Positions 20,076-30,099 are shown, numbered from the stretch's first letter. The stretch is DNA of 64,000 nucleotides from an uncultured Candidatus Binatia bacterium (GCA_965218425.1 OZ244621.1:2720001-2784000), one strand, 5' to 3'. The notes: generated from the sequence alone by a model not told the origin. Program-made: numbers and translations.

Positions 20076-23000
20076 ATGAGGAAATTCTTTAAATTTATTA
20101 GTCTACTAGCAGCCGGTGTCATATTTCTCGCCGTGCTGATCCTCATTACCTTGCACCACCTGGTCGAGGTGGGAGAGTTCCGTCGCATCCTTATTCGTGA
20201 AGTTGAAAACCGGACCCGGTTTAAAGTTAACGCGGGGAAAGCGGAATATCACGTTGGCGAGGTCGTGGGTATCTCCGTTCATGACTTTGCCTTGAGCGAC
20301 CCCAAAAAGGTCCAGCCTATCCTGGTTTCGGAGAGGGTCGTCTTTCAAATTTCGGTGCTGCCTTTGCTCTGGCGCAAGGTGGTTATTGATGGGATCCTTT
20401 TCTACAACCCCCACATTCGGTTTAACCCTAGGTCGGGACGTAGCCCTCGCTTGTTTGACTTGATGGTGGCGCTGTTTGGTTCCAATATTAATATTAATAA
20501 GGTGGGAATCAATAACGGACAGGTGGTGTTCCGCGAGCCACGTGAGGACGGAGGCGTTGCCACCACCTACTTCCGTGACATGGACCTGGAAATCCGGCAT
20601 ATAGAACCGGGGGACATTTCGCCCTTTGGAACCGGGCCCGGGGTTTCCGCTCTAGGCTACAGCATTAACACCACCTTGGAAAAGGAGGGCCGGCGGGCAG
20701 GACTTGCATCGGAGGGCGAGGTGGTCTTCCCTGACCGTAGCTTCGAGTTCCCGCATGCCTGGTTGGATGTTCGCGTAGCAGTGGAGTCTCTACCTGCGAG
20801 GCTATTGCCGGACTTCTTTGCCCGCCTCCTCCCCGTCAAGGGGCTCAAGGGCGTACTCAGCTCAAGTGTTCGCTGGCAGGGAATCCTGTCGGAGAACCTG
20901 CACATCGAAGGAGATCTCGACTTTAGCAAACTCAATGTGACTTTTCCCGGTTCCACCATGAAAACCCTGGCGCTGGGAGATGGCCGAATCGAGTTGAATC
21001 TGGGAGTGTTGCCGGACGAGATCCGATTCGAGCGCTTATCCTATAACTCCAACGATATCGAGCTGTCCGCACAGGGTTTGATGCGTTCTCCAATGGAGAA
21101 AGACCCCTATGTGGAACTAAGCGTTGGGTCGTCTTTCGTGCCTGTTTTGACCCTATGGAAGTATGTTCCACCCAATTTCAAGTCCTCCGCCGTGGGTTCC
21201 TGGATCAAGGGGGTCAAAGAGGGGGAATTGCGGTTGACCGATGCGCACATAAAAGGACGCCTTTCAAAGGTCCTGGACGCATTTGGTCCCGGCTTTGAAA
21301 ACCGACTTGCGGCTCAGGCCGAGGTCAGAGGGTTGAAATGGTTGCCGGCCGGCAGCCGATATCTCCCTGTGGAAAATCTGAGTGGGCGGCTGGCACTGGA
21401 TAAGGGAGTCCTGTCCTACAGCCGGTTCCAGGGAAACTACGGTGAGGTGGCGCTGAACGACATTGAGGGGAGCTACAAGATTTTTTCCACCGGGGACCCC
21501 CTTGAAGTTCGAGTAAGGGGCGCTACGGATATCGAGCGGTTGTGGAAGCAGTTGGCCGCGAATTTCTTGCCTGATCGGCTAATTAAAGCCACCGGCGGTG
21601 TGCAGGATTTGAGCGGTCAGGGTAAATTTAATGTCTATCTGCGGACGGACTTTAAATCCCCCCTCTTTTACCGGGGGCAGGTCCTACTGGAGGATGCGGG
21701 CGTCAGAGTGGGTAAATTTTCCCTTTCCAGGGGTTACGGCCGCGTCTCCTTTTCTCCAGAAGAGATACGGACAGGTGGTGTGACCGTGCGAGTGGGGGGT
21801 ACACCCATCCGCCTTGGGGGAGTCTTGAAGGGGTATCAAACCGGCAAGCCGAACTTTGAGCTTGAGGTGGACCTGCCTGGAGTTCGACTGGGAGAGGTGA
21901 CCCGTATACTGCTCTCTTGGGGTTCTCCTGATGATCCGGGTACGGTCCAGGGTAAAGTGCATTATCGGGGCTTCCTGGGGAGCAATGGGGACCGGCAGCT
22001 TACGGGGTCCTTGGAGCTATCCGGCGTTCAGCTCCCTCTTGGGTTGTTCAAAAGACCCATCAAGGATGTCTCCGGGAAACTCGAATTCGATCAATTCGGG
22101 GTAGATCTCAAGGGAATTAAGGGGCGAGTTGGAGATTACGACCTGGATTTCAGAGGTCGATACAATTATTTCGAGAAACCACAGCTGACATTTCTGGCCA
22201 CTGCCCCTTTCATGGACTTAGCTGAGCTCTTATTTCCGCGCGGCGAGTCCCCAAAACCCCCTTCCCCGGCAATGGAGCGTTGGTACGGCGGGCTCGAGGT
22301 AAAGGGCAAAGTCAAGGTGGACAAGGGGGTCCACAAAGGTTTTTCCTTCACGGATCTCGACTCCGACCTGTCCCTGAAGGAAAGACGCTGGGTCTTTGAT
22401 AACCTCTCCGCCCGGTCCAAGGAGGGACTCGTTCAAGGAAAGGTCTCCCTGATGGACCATCCAGGACAGAACCTTACCTTTTCGATAGAGCCGGATATCC
22501 AAAGACTTCCCGTAGAGGAACTGCTAGGTTTTTTTGGTATAAAAACCGGTGAGGTTACAGGGAAGGTGGATCTCTCCGGCGCCTTCAATTCCACGGGCGA
22601 ATCGGTGTTCGAGAGGAAGAAGAACCTTAACGGAGGGTTCAGGCTGCGAATGCGGGAGGGGATGGTTCGGCGGTTTAAGATCCTGGTGCGCATCCTCAGT
22701 CTCATGGACCTTTCCCGCTGGTTCACCTTGAGAATGCCGAACATTGACAACGAAGGAGTTGAATACCGATATATCAGCGGCGACTTTAAGATAAGCAAAG
22801 GGATCTACTCCACCGGGGACTTCGTCCTCGATAGCGAGGACATTCGCCTGAGCGGAGCGGGGACCGTTGACGGCTCGGATGCAAGTATGAATTTTGTCGT
22901 CGCCGTGCGTCCCTTTCCAAAGCTGAACGCAGCGGTAAATTTTATTCCGATCCTGGGAAAGGGAATCGCGGGCGTTAAAAACTCCTTGCTGGTGGCGAGT

Positions 23001-23120
23001 TTCCGAATCAAAGGACCCCTGAGAGAACCGAATATAGCCCCTGCTCCCCTCAGTACCCTCTCGGAGTTTTTCATTAGCACCCTGTCCATTCCCAGGGATA
23101 TGATCGGTCTTCCGAAATGA
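20076..23120 (+). CDS. AsmA-like / YhdP-type envelope protein
   Basis: N-terminal TM anchor, long beta-rich body, AsmA-like C-terminus (IPILG...FRIKGPL.EP). Confidence 0.8.
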   Translation: MRKFFKFISLLAAGVIFLAVLILITLHHLVEVGEFRRILIREVENRTRFKVNAGKAEYHVGEVVGISVHDFALSDPKKVQPILVSERVVFQISVLPLLWRKVVIDGILFYNPHIRFNPRSGRSPRLFDLMVALFGSNININKVGINNGQVVFREPREDGGVATTYFRDMDLEIRHIEPGDISPFGTGPGVSALGYSINTTLEKEGRRAGLASEGEVVFPDRSFEFPHAWLDVRVAVESLPARLLPDFFARLLPVKGLKGVLSSSVRWQGILSENLHIEGDLDFSKLNVTFPGSTMKTLALGDGRIELNLGVLPDEIRFERLSYNSNDIELSAQGLMRSPMEKDPYVELSVGSSFVPVLTLWKYVPPNFKSSAVGSWIKGVKEGELRLTDAHIKGRLSKVLDAFGPGFENRLAAQAEVRGLKWLPAGSRYLPVENLSGRLALDKGVLSYSRFQGNYGEVALNDIEGSYKIFSTGDPLEVRVRGATDIERLWKQLAANFLPDRLIKATGGVQDLSGQGKFNVYLRTDFKSPLFYRGQVLLEDAGVRVGKFSLSRGYGRVSFSPEEIRTGGVTVRVGGTPIRLGGVLKGYQTGKPNFELEVDLPGVRLGEVTRILLSWGSPDDPGTVQGKVHYRGFLGSNGDRQLTGSLELSGVQLPLGLFKRPIKDVSGKLEFDQFGVDLKGIKGRVGDYDLDFRGRYNYFEKPQLTFLATAPFMDLAELLFPRGESPKPPSPAMERWYGGLEVKGKVKVDKGVHKGFSFTDLDSDLSLKERRWVFDNLSARSKEGLVQGKVSLMDHPGQNLTFSIEPDIQRLPVEELLGFFGIKTGEVTGKVDLSGAFNSTGESVFERKKNLNGGFRLRMREGMVRRFKILVRILSLMDLSRWFTLRMPNIDNEGVEYRYISGDFKISKGIYSTGDFVLDSEDIRLSGAGTVDGSDASMNFVVAVRPFPKLNAAVNFIPILGKGIAGVKNSLLVASFRIKGPLREPNIAPAPLSTLSEFFISTLSIPRDMIGLPK

Positions 23121-23273
23121 GAAAGGAAGCGGGACCGCAGCTTAGGCCATTGACGGGAAGGGTCCGCAGAGGCGGGAGAAGAAAAAAGATCGTCCGAAAT
23201 CCAGCGGTGGTGTCGTGTCGGGGTCATGGGATATGATCCCGATGACCCGAGACCCTGAAGGTGCATTGATATC

Positions 23274-25022
23274 ATGACCGGAATGCAAAGGTTAAGAATC
23301 TATCTCTGGCGCCATTGGCAGAGTTACCTCCTGGGCGGAATTTGTCTATTCGGCACCACCACCCTGGTCATGTTGATCCCGTGGTGGATCCGCGCAGCCG
23401 TGATCGTCATTGAGCGCGGGGGAGCTAGGGAGGACGTGGTCACCTATGCGGTGATGATTATCGGGGCCGCCATAGGTCAGGGATTGGCCCGGACTTTTTC
23501 TCGCTTTTTGATCTTCAATTCCGGTCGGGCCATCGAATACGAGTTGCGCAATGATATCTTCTCCCATCTGCTCCGACTCCCCCTCTCTTATTACCGATCC
23601 CAGAGGACCGGGGATTTGATGTCTCGTGCCATCAATGACATCAACAGCGTGCGCATGCTCCTGGGCCCCGGCATCCTGAACCTCATCAACGCCCCTCTGT
23701 ACTACCTCTATGCCATGGTTTTGATGGTCCAGATTGATTTACGTATGACCTTTGTGGTGGTTCTGACCTACCCCATTATGGCTTGGGCTTTTCGAAGGTT
23801 CAGGGGCAAGATCCAGTCCACCTCCTTCAAGGTGCAACAGCAGATGTCGGTCTTGAGCAGCCATGTGCAGGAAAATCTCAGCGGTATCCACGTAGTGAAG
23901 GCCTATGGGAGGGAGCAGGACCAGACGCGCCAGTTCATGGAATTCAATCGCGTATACCAGGCAAGGAATATGGATCTGGCCCGGCTCCGAGGCCTGGTGC
24001 ATCCCTTCATGGGAGGGATCAGCGGGATGACGGTCCTGGTGATCCTTTGGTATGGAGGCGCCCGGGTCATTTCCGGTAATTTGATGATCGCCGACGTGGT
24101 GGCGTTTATTGCCTATCTTAATGTGCTGGCTTGGCCCACGGCGGCTTTCGGCTGGATGCTGGCGCTTCTGGAAAGGGGCAAGGCTTCCATGGAGAGGATT
24201 GAAGAACTCTTCAAGGTAGAGCCCTCCATTGCCGATCCGCCTTCACCGGTTCCCCTGCCGGACTCGGAGCAAGGAATTGAATTTCGCGACGTCTGCTTTA
24301 GTTACGGGAGGAAAACCAACGGGGAGTCCGCCCTCAAGAACATCAATTTCTACCTCCCGCGCGGGCAAAAGCTTGGCATCGTGGGGCGTACGGGAGCGGG
24401 CAAGACGAGCCTGGTTCAGCTCATTCCCCGGCTCTACGATGTCTCCTCGGGAGAGATCCGAATCGGCGGGCGGGATATCCGCACGGTCAGCCTCGCCGAT
24501 CTCCGGCAGACCGTGGGTTACGTTCCACAAGACGCTTTTCTTTTCTCCACTTCACTTCGCAGCAATTTGGCCTATGGCCGGGGCGGGGTCTCCGATGAGG
24601 CCATTGATAAAGCCGTGCGAACGGCCCGGTTGGATCAAGATGTGGAAAGCTTCGTTCAAGGGTTGAATACCATTGTGGGGGAAAGGGGCGTCGCCCTTTC
24701 AGGGGGACAGAAACAAAGGGCCACGCTGGGTCGGGCCATCCTCTTTGATTCACCCTTTATCATCCTGGACGATTGCCTTTCCAGCGTCGATGCGCAAACG
24801 GAGCAGGAGATTCTCAAGGAGTTCAAGGACCTCCTCAAGGAAAAAACCACCATTATTATCTCCCATCGGATCTCCGCCGTGAAAGAGGCCGATGAAATAT
24901 TGGTCCTGGACGAGGGGGAAGTCGTGGAGCGGGGAGATCATCAGACGTTGATCCAAAGGGGAGGGATCTACGCGGATCTTTTCCACCAACAGCAATTATC
25001 GGAAGAACTGGAGCAGCTGTAG
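23274..25022 (+). CDS. ABC exporter, fused TMD-NBD subunit 1
   Basis: GRTGAGKT, LSGGQKQR, degenerate Walker B ILDD. Confidence 0.93.
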   Translation: MTGMQRLRIYLWRHWQSYLLGGICLFGTTTLVMLIPWWIRAAVIVIERGGAREDVVTYAVMIIGAAIGQGLARTFSRFLIFNSGRAIEYELRNDIFSHLLRLPLSYYRSQRTGDLMSRAINDINSVRMLLGPGILNLINAPLYYLYAMVLMVQIDLRMTFVVVLTYPIMAWAFRRFRGKIQSTSFKVQQQMSVLSSHVQENLSGIHVVKAYGREQDQTRQFMEFNRVYQARNMDLARLRGLVHPFMGGISGMTVLVILWYGGARVISGNLMIADVVAFIAYLNVLAWPTAAFGWMLALLERGKASMERIEELFKVEPSIADPPSPVPLPDSEQGIEFRDVCFSYGRKTNGESALKNINFYLPRGQKLGIVGRTGAGKTSLVQLIPRLYDVSSGEIRIGGRDIRTVSLADLRQTVGYVPQDAFLFSTSLRSNLAYGRGGVSDEAIDKAVRTARLDQDVESFVQGLNTIVGERGVALSGGQKQRATLGRAILFDSPFIILDDCLSSVDAQTEQEILKEFKDLLKEKTTIIISHRISAVKEADEILVLDEGEVVERGDHQTLIQRGGIYADLFHQQQLSEELEQL

Positions 25023-26840
25023 ATGGCCGTGACGTCTCAACAGGATGAGATCTTCGGAAAAGCCTACGACTTCAAACTCATGAAGCGAATGTGGCGCTTC
25101 ATTTCGCCGTATCGGAGTGTGTTCTTGCTGTCCCTGCTCTTGCTCCCTCTTCAACAGGCCTTTGGTCTTGCCCAACCCTTTATCATGAAAGTGGCCATCG
25201 ATCGATTCATCGAAGGTTCCAATCTATGGGGTCTCGGCATGGCCGGTATTCTGTTCGCCGTGGCGGTCGTAGGCGAGATGGTGACTCATTACTTTCAGTA
25301 TTACCTGACCATGATCGTGGCCCAGAAATCACTGGCGGACTTGCGAGTCAGCATTTTCTCTCACGTGCAAAAACTTCCCATGAGCACCTTTGATCGAAAC
25401 CCGGTGGGCCGTCTCATGACCCGGATGACCACGGATGTGGAGGTTCTCCAGGAGATGTTTGCCGCCGGGATCATGACCCTTGTGGCGGACATGATCATGC
25501 TTGTCTGGATCATCGCCATCATGTTTTATATGCACGCGGGGCTGGCGTTGGTTTGTCTTGTGTTGATTCCTCCCATGGCCCTCGCCATCAACTTCTTTCG
25601 TATCAGGGCTCGACAGATTTACCGTGTCATCCGGGAGCGTATCGCCCGGATCAACTCTTATCTGGGAGAGGCCATCTCCGGCATGTCCGTCATTCAGCTC
25701 TTTGTGCGCGGGGAAAGAAGCTTCCAGGAGTTTGACGAGCTGAACATAGCGCACAAGGATGCCATTCAGTTGTCCAATATCTATGAGGCTTCTCTCTTTT
25801 CCATGGTGGAGGCGGCAGGATCGATCAGTGTGGCCCTTTTGCTTTGGTATGGAGGCGGGGAGGTCTTGAACGAGGCCATTGGCATCGGGACCCTGGTGGC
25901 CTTCAAGGAGTATATCCACCGGTTTTTCATCCCCATGCGTGACTTCAGCCAGAAATACGCCGTGATGCAATCGGCCATGGCGGCGGCGGAGCGGGTGTTC
26001 CATCTGCTGGACACGCCCCTCACCATCACCAGCCCGGACCGGCCCGTATCGGCCAAGCCCTTTCGGGGAGAGATCGCCTTCAACGACGTTTGGTTCAGTT
26101 ACCGTGACAATGATCCGGTTCTGAAGGGCATCTCCTTCCGCATTGAACCCGGAGAGAGAGTGGCCGTGGTGGGGGCCACGGGTTCTGGAAAGACCACCAC
26201 CAGCAAGCTCCTCGGTCGCTTGTATGACGTCCAGAGCGGCTCGGTAACCGTGAGCGGGATCGACGTGCGGGACTGGGACCTCCCGGATTTAAGGCATCAC
26301 ATCGGCCTGGTGCTACAGGACGTTTTTCTCTTTTCGGGTGACGTCTTGACCAACATCTCCCTCGGTGACACCTCGGTTCCCTTGGAGCGCATCGAACAAG
26401 CCGCCCGGGCCACCAACGCCGCGCGTTTTATCCGGAAACTGCCCGGTGAATTCTCCGCACAGGTACGGGAACGCGGGAGCAACTTCTCCTCGGGTCAGAG
26501 ACAGCTCTTGGCCATGGCTCGGGTGCTTGCCTATGACCCTGAGGTGCTGGTGCTGGACGAAGCCACCTCCAGCGTGGATACCGAAACAGAGCTTTTGATT
26601 CAGGATGCCCTGGAAAAAATCATGAGGGGCCGCACCTGTCTGGTGATCGCTCACCGCTTGTCCACCATCCGCAATGCGGACCGGATCATTGTCATGCACC
26701 GGGGGGAAATCCGCGAGATGGGAACCCATGCGGAGTTGCTGGAAAGACAGGGGATCTACTACCGTCTCTACCAGCTCCAGTACGAGAGGGAAGAGTGGGC
26801 AGCGGAAATGGGAGCCCCCCGTGCTAAACTCATCGACTAG
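25023..26840 (+). CDS. ABC exporter, fused TMD-NBD subunit 2
   Basis: GATGSGKT, FSSGQRQ, VLDEATS, IAHRLST. Confidence 0.93.
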   Translation: MAVTSQQDEIFGKAYDFKLMKRMWRFISPYRSVFLLSLLLLPLQQAFGLAQPFIMKVAIDRFIEGSNLWGLGMAGILFAVAVVGEMVTHYFQYYLTMIVAQKSLADLRVSIFSHVQKLPMSTFDRNPVGRLMTRMTTDVEVLQEMFAAGIMTLVADMIMLVWIIAIMFYMHAGLALVCLVLIPPMALAINFFRIRARQIYRVIRERIARINSYLGEAISGMSVIQLFVRGERSFQEFDELNIAHKDAIQLSNIYEASLFSMVEAAGSISVALLLWYGGGEVLNEAIGIGTLVAFKEYIHRFFIPMRDFSQKYAVMQSAMAAAERVFHLLDTPLTITSPDRPVSAKPFRGEIAFNDVWFSYRDNDPVLKGISFRIEPGERVAVVGATGSGKTTTSKLLGRLYDVQSGSVTVSGIDVRDWDLPDLRHHIGLVLQDVFLFSGDVLTNISLGDTSVPLERIEQAARATNAARFIRKLPGEFSAQVRERGSNFSSGQRQLLAMARVLAYDPEVLVLDEATSSVDTETELLIQDALEKIMRGRTCLVIAHRLSTIRNADRIIVMHRGEIREMGTHAELLERQGIYYRLYQLQYEREEWAAEMGAPRAKLID

Positions 26841-26879
26841 GTTGCCGGGATATCTCCGGGTCTTCATTCCCGATCTCAC

Positions 26880-28112
26880 ATGCGCGCCCCCGTTCTATTG
26901 ATTCTTCTGGTATTATTCTCGGGTTGTTCGCCCGTTTACGTTATTCGTGCCGCTTATGAGGAGACAAAGATCCTTTGGAGGCGCGAGCCCATCGAAAAGC
27001 TGCTGAAAAACCCTGCGTTGGATACCGAGACTCGAAAAAAATTCGAGCTGGTCCTGGCGGTTCGTGACTATGCCCGTGACAAGCTCAGATTGAGGGTTAA
27101 GGGAAGCTATGCCTCCTATTCCCGCCTGGGTCGACCGGTTCTCTCTTATGTGCTAACTGCGGCCCCTCAGACCAGTCTGGAGCCTTATACCTGGTGGTTC
27201 CCTTTCGTGGGACGGTTGCCCTACAAAGGCTATTTCTCCCAGGCGGAGGCGGAATCCAAGGCCAGAGAATTCCAGCAAAGGGGATATGACACCAGCATCC
27301 GCCCGGTGTCGGCCTTCAGCACCCTGGGCTGGTTCGACGATCCCCTGTTGAAGCATCTCCTGCGGTTGGACAAGGTCGATTTGGCGGAGGTCATCTTTCA
27401 CGAGCTCTTGCACAATACTCTGTTCGTAGCCGGGTCGGTAAATTTCAATGAAAGCCTGGCCAACTTTTTCGGCAACCGCGCGGCAATGGGTTTCTTTCGC
27501 GATCGTTACGGAGGATCGAGCCCCGAGTACTCGCAGGCAGCCGCGGCCTGGGAGCGGGAGCTGGAGTTTTCTGGATTTATCACCCGGGTTGCCGATTCTC
27601 TCGAAGAGCTCTATCAAAAGGACCTGTCGAGAGAAGAAAAACTCCGGCTGCGGGAGGGTATTTTTTCCCGTAGTCGAAAGGAATGGGTCGAACAGGTTGC
27701 CGGCAAGCCGCAACATCAGTACCGGGGGTATGGCGAACGGGAAGTCAACAACGCGACCATGGTTCGATATCTCCTCTATCTCGGCGGTCTGGAACTCTTT
27801 GAGTCGCTGTACGAGGCGCGGGGAAAGGATCTGGTGAAATTGATGGATTCGATCCGGCAATCCATCGAAAGGGGTGAGCCCCCCTTTGAGGCCGTCAGGG
27901 ATCTCGTGCCCCTGTCGAGGCCAGACCCTAAGGGAGAGACGCCGCCGGGCGCCGGTCTGAGTCCGGCGTTCGTTCCCGGAAACAGTAAAGCCAGGCGCCT
28001 TATTCCGCCGGTACCCGACGTATCCGCCGTCCCTCTTTCCACCGCCCCGAAGGCGAGTAGGGGCTCCGTGCCGGCGGCGGTTCATCAAACCTCGCGGGGA
28101 GTCCATGGTTGA
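26880..28112 (+). CDS. Putative zinc aminopeptidase lipoprotein
   Basis: Lipobox FSGC, AFSTLGWFDDP, HELLH, FNESLA. Confidence 0.85.
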   Translation: MRAPVLLILLVLFSGCSPVYVIRAAYEETKILWRREPIEKLLKNPALDTETRKKFELVLAVRDYARDKLRLRVKGSYASYSRLGRPVLSYVLTAAPQTSLEPYTWWFPFVGRLPYKGYFSQAEAESKAREFQQRGYDTSIRPVSAFSTLGWFDDPLLKHLLRLDKVDLAEVIFHELLHNTLFVAGSVNFNESLANFFGNRAAMGFFRDRYGGSSPEYSQAAAAWERELEFSGFITRVADSLEELYQKDLSREEKLRLREGIFSRSRKEWVEQVAGKPQHQYRGYGEREVNNATMVRYLLYLGGLELFESLYEARGKDLVKLMDSIRQSIERGEPPFEAVRDLVPLSRPDPKGETPPGAGLSPAFVPGNSKARRLIPPVPDVSAVPLSTAPKASRGSVPAAVHQTSRGVHG

Positions 28113-28593
28113 TCATCGGGCCGAATCGGTGAAATTCGCAGCGGACAGAATGCTGGGGAGGCTGGCCAAGTGGCTTCGCATCATAGGCCACGATGTGGCC
28201 TACGGTTCCCATCTGGCGGGCTATGGGTTGGTCCGCACCGCACGGAAAGAAGACCGCTTGATCCTGACCCGCGACCGTGGAATCCGTAAGAAAGGCCCTC
28301 CCGACTATCTGCTCATCGAGAGCACCCGGTTCCGTGAGCAGCTCAGGCAGGTGATCCATGCCTATGGTTTGGATCCTGTAAAGAACGCCTTCACCCGGTG
28401 CGTGGAGTGTAATGACCTCCTCGATCCGATCCCCAAAGAGGCGGTTCAGGAGAAGGTTCCCCCTTACGTTTTCTCAACACAAGAGAGGTTCAGTGTCTGC
28501 CGGCACTGCCAGCGGGTCTACTGGCCCGCCACCCACCTGCACAAGATGCTGGAGGAGTTGAAGAGCCTGAGTGCGGGCCCGCGTGCAATTTAG
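28105..28593 (+). CDS. Mut7-C RNase domain protein (PIN-like fold plus Zn ribbon)
   Basis: ADRMLGRLAKWLR..GHD, LTRD, RCVECN, C..CQRVYW..TH. Confidence 0.9.
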   Translation: MVDHRAESVKFAADRMLGRLAKWLRIIGHDVAYGSHLAGYGLVRTARKEDRLILTRDRGIRKKGPPDYLLIESTRFREQLRQVIHAYGLDPVKNAFTRCVECNDLLDPIPKEAVQEKVPPYVFSTQERFSVCRHCQRVYWPATHLHKMLEELKSLSAGPRAI

Positions 28594-28610
28594 CCGAGGT
28601 GTATGGCTGT

Positions 28611-28880
28611 GACCTTTTCTTGTTGCGGCTATTCGCCGTAAGGCGAATTGAAAAATCGGGTGAATTCAGGCAACTCCAAGTCCCAAGCGAAATCGAAGGA
28701 TAGGGGAATCCTGAGCGAAGCCCGCCGAAGGGGAATTTAGTAGGCAGGAACGTGCAGAGACTAGAGGTTGAGGACCCTGCCAATAAAACCTCGCTGGCGT
28801 CCGGCACCCATTTCTCAAATGTTTGAAGAGATATGGGTGATGAGATAGTCCAAGCCCGGTAGAAATATCAGGAGTACTTG
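28611..28880 (+). ncRNA. Group I self-splicing intron (tRNA anticodon type)
   Basis: P AATTCAGG (28663), Q AATCCTGAGC (28707), R GTGCAGAGACTAG (28752), S GAGATAGTCC (28842); IGS GCGGCTAT pairs with the preceding ATGGCTGT (U.G at the splice site); terminal G at 28880. Confidence 0.88.
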
Positions 28881-28921
28881 TAACCACCGTGTCGGGGGTT
28901 CGAGTCCCTCCCGGGGAGCCA
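28881..28921 (+). tRNA. 3' half (position 36 to CCA) of tRNA-Asn(GUU); no 5' half present
   Basis: TAACCACCGTGTCGGGGGTTCGAGTCCCTCCCGGGGAGCCA gives the T-arm, discriminator G and CCA; splicing would give GGCTGT|TAACC, i.e. anticodon GTT. Confidence 0.8.
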
Positions 28922-29099
28922 TTTTTTCGGGGGCGAACTACAGCGCCTCGATAGTTAACGCGAGGCCCTGGAGGGTGACCCCTTCGGGGCTTCGTCGTAT
29001 CTAGCCATTTTTCAAGCAGTTACGCCCCCTCCTACATGCTCCTCGATTCTCCGGTTCTCCAACCGGACGCCGCGGGGTGTCTGCAGGGCGCTCCCCAAG

Positions 29100-29345
29100 T
29101 TGTTCACGGTCAGCGAGATCGGGCTGACCCCTGGCGCTGCTGCGGTGTCTGGGCACGACGAACGTGATCGACAACACCCACTCGGAGATGCCCCAGCGAA
29201 TGCGGCGGGTGACTCGGCAGAGGGACGGATCCGCTGGGCGGCCGCCTCGTTCCTGGACGCCGAGAGGAACTACTACACGATCATGGGCTGCCCGGATCTC
29301 CGGATGCTCGAGGCGCTCCTGCACGAGCTCGGCGCTCCGGTTGCG
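29100..29345 (+). pseudogene. IS256-family transposase C-terminal remnant
   Basis: Across frames: LRCLGTTNVIDNTHS..RRVTR / RWAAASFLDAERNY..IMG..DL..L. Confidence 0.65.
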
Positions 29346-29404
29346 AGAAGAGGCTGCGTCGCAGGACCCGGATACGGTCTCCGCAAAAAAACAATTCAAA
29401 TCGC

Positions 29405-29456
29405 TTGACAGTCTATATCTGCGTTTATATACTGCTATATCAATGGTGATATAGCA
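29405..29456 (+). promoter_or_regulatory. Sigma70 promoter with overlapping palindromic operator
   Basis: TTGACA-17 bp-TATACT; perfect inverted repeat TGCTATATCA-atgg-TGATATAGCA (29433-29456) directly before the PadR ATG. Confidence 0.85.
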
Positions 29457-29457
29457 T

Positions 29458-30099
29458 ATGAGCCTCGACCACATTCTCCTCGCCCTGCTTCACGAACCGT
29501 CGACCGGCTACGACCTCAAGGCGGCGTTCTCCGATCGGATTCGGCAATTCTGGTCCGCCGAGATCAGTCAGATCTACCCCACCTTGAAGCGCCTCGAGCG
29601 GCGACGTTTGCTCCAGAGCCGGGTGGAGCAGTCGTCGAAGGGGCCGAACCGGAAGGTTTATGCGCTGACAGTTGCCGGCCGGGAGGAGCTGCTGGACTGG
29701 CTTCGCGGTGGTCCGGTGATCGGCACGGAACGTTTCGCCTATCTCGCCCAGCTCTACTTCATGGATGCTACTGGTGACATCCGGGAGACACGGGCGTTCA
29801 TGATCAGTCTCCGGGACCATCTCGCCCGCTGGCTCACCCACCTGCAGGCGATTGAACGTGAGGTGACCGACACCGCCGGCCACGCGCCGGAGCGCTATAG
29901 CGACGCCGGCTTCCATCGCTTCGCGGCGCTCCGCATGGGCATCCATTCCGTCGGGTCGAAGGTGGTCTGGTGCGATGAAACGATCGCGGCGATCGACCGG
30001 CGTCTCGCGGGCGGCCCACACGACGCTGCGCCGAGCCCCTCCGTCTCTCTGCCCGCTCATCCAGACGCACCCGCAACGAGAAAGGACGGTAGGTCATGA
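29458..30099 (+). CDS. PadR family transcriptional regulator
   Basis: ILLALL..P.TGYDL, SQIYPTLKRLE, RKVYALT.AGREEL. Confidence 0.92.
   Translation: MSLDHILLALLHEPSTGYDLKAAFSDRIRQFWSAEISQIYPTLKRLERRRLLQSRVEQSSKGPNRKVYALTVAGREELLDWLRGGPVIGTERFAYLAQLYFMDATGDIRETRAFMISLRDHLARWLTHLQAIEREVTDTAGHAPERYSDAGFHRFAALRMGIHSVGSKVVWCDETIAAIDRRLAGGPHDAAPSPSVSLPAHPDAPATRKDGRS

Noticed and set aside
27153..28106. 317-aa minus-strand ORF and similar long antisense ORFs (e.g. 41684-42769)
   Set aside because: Shadows of well-supported genes on the opposite strand.
28922..29000. Permuted tRNA (5' half located after the 3' half)
   Set aside because: No TCCCCGG or D-arm follows the CCA, only two hairpins.
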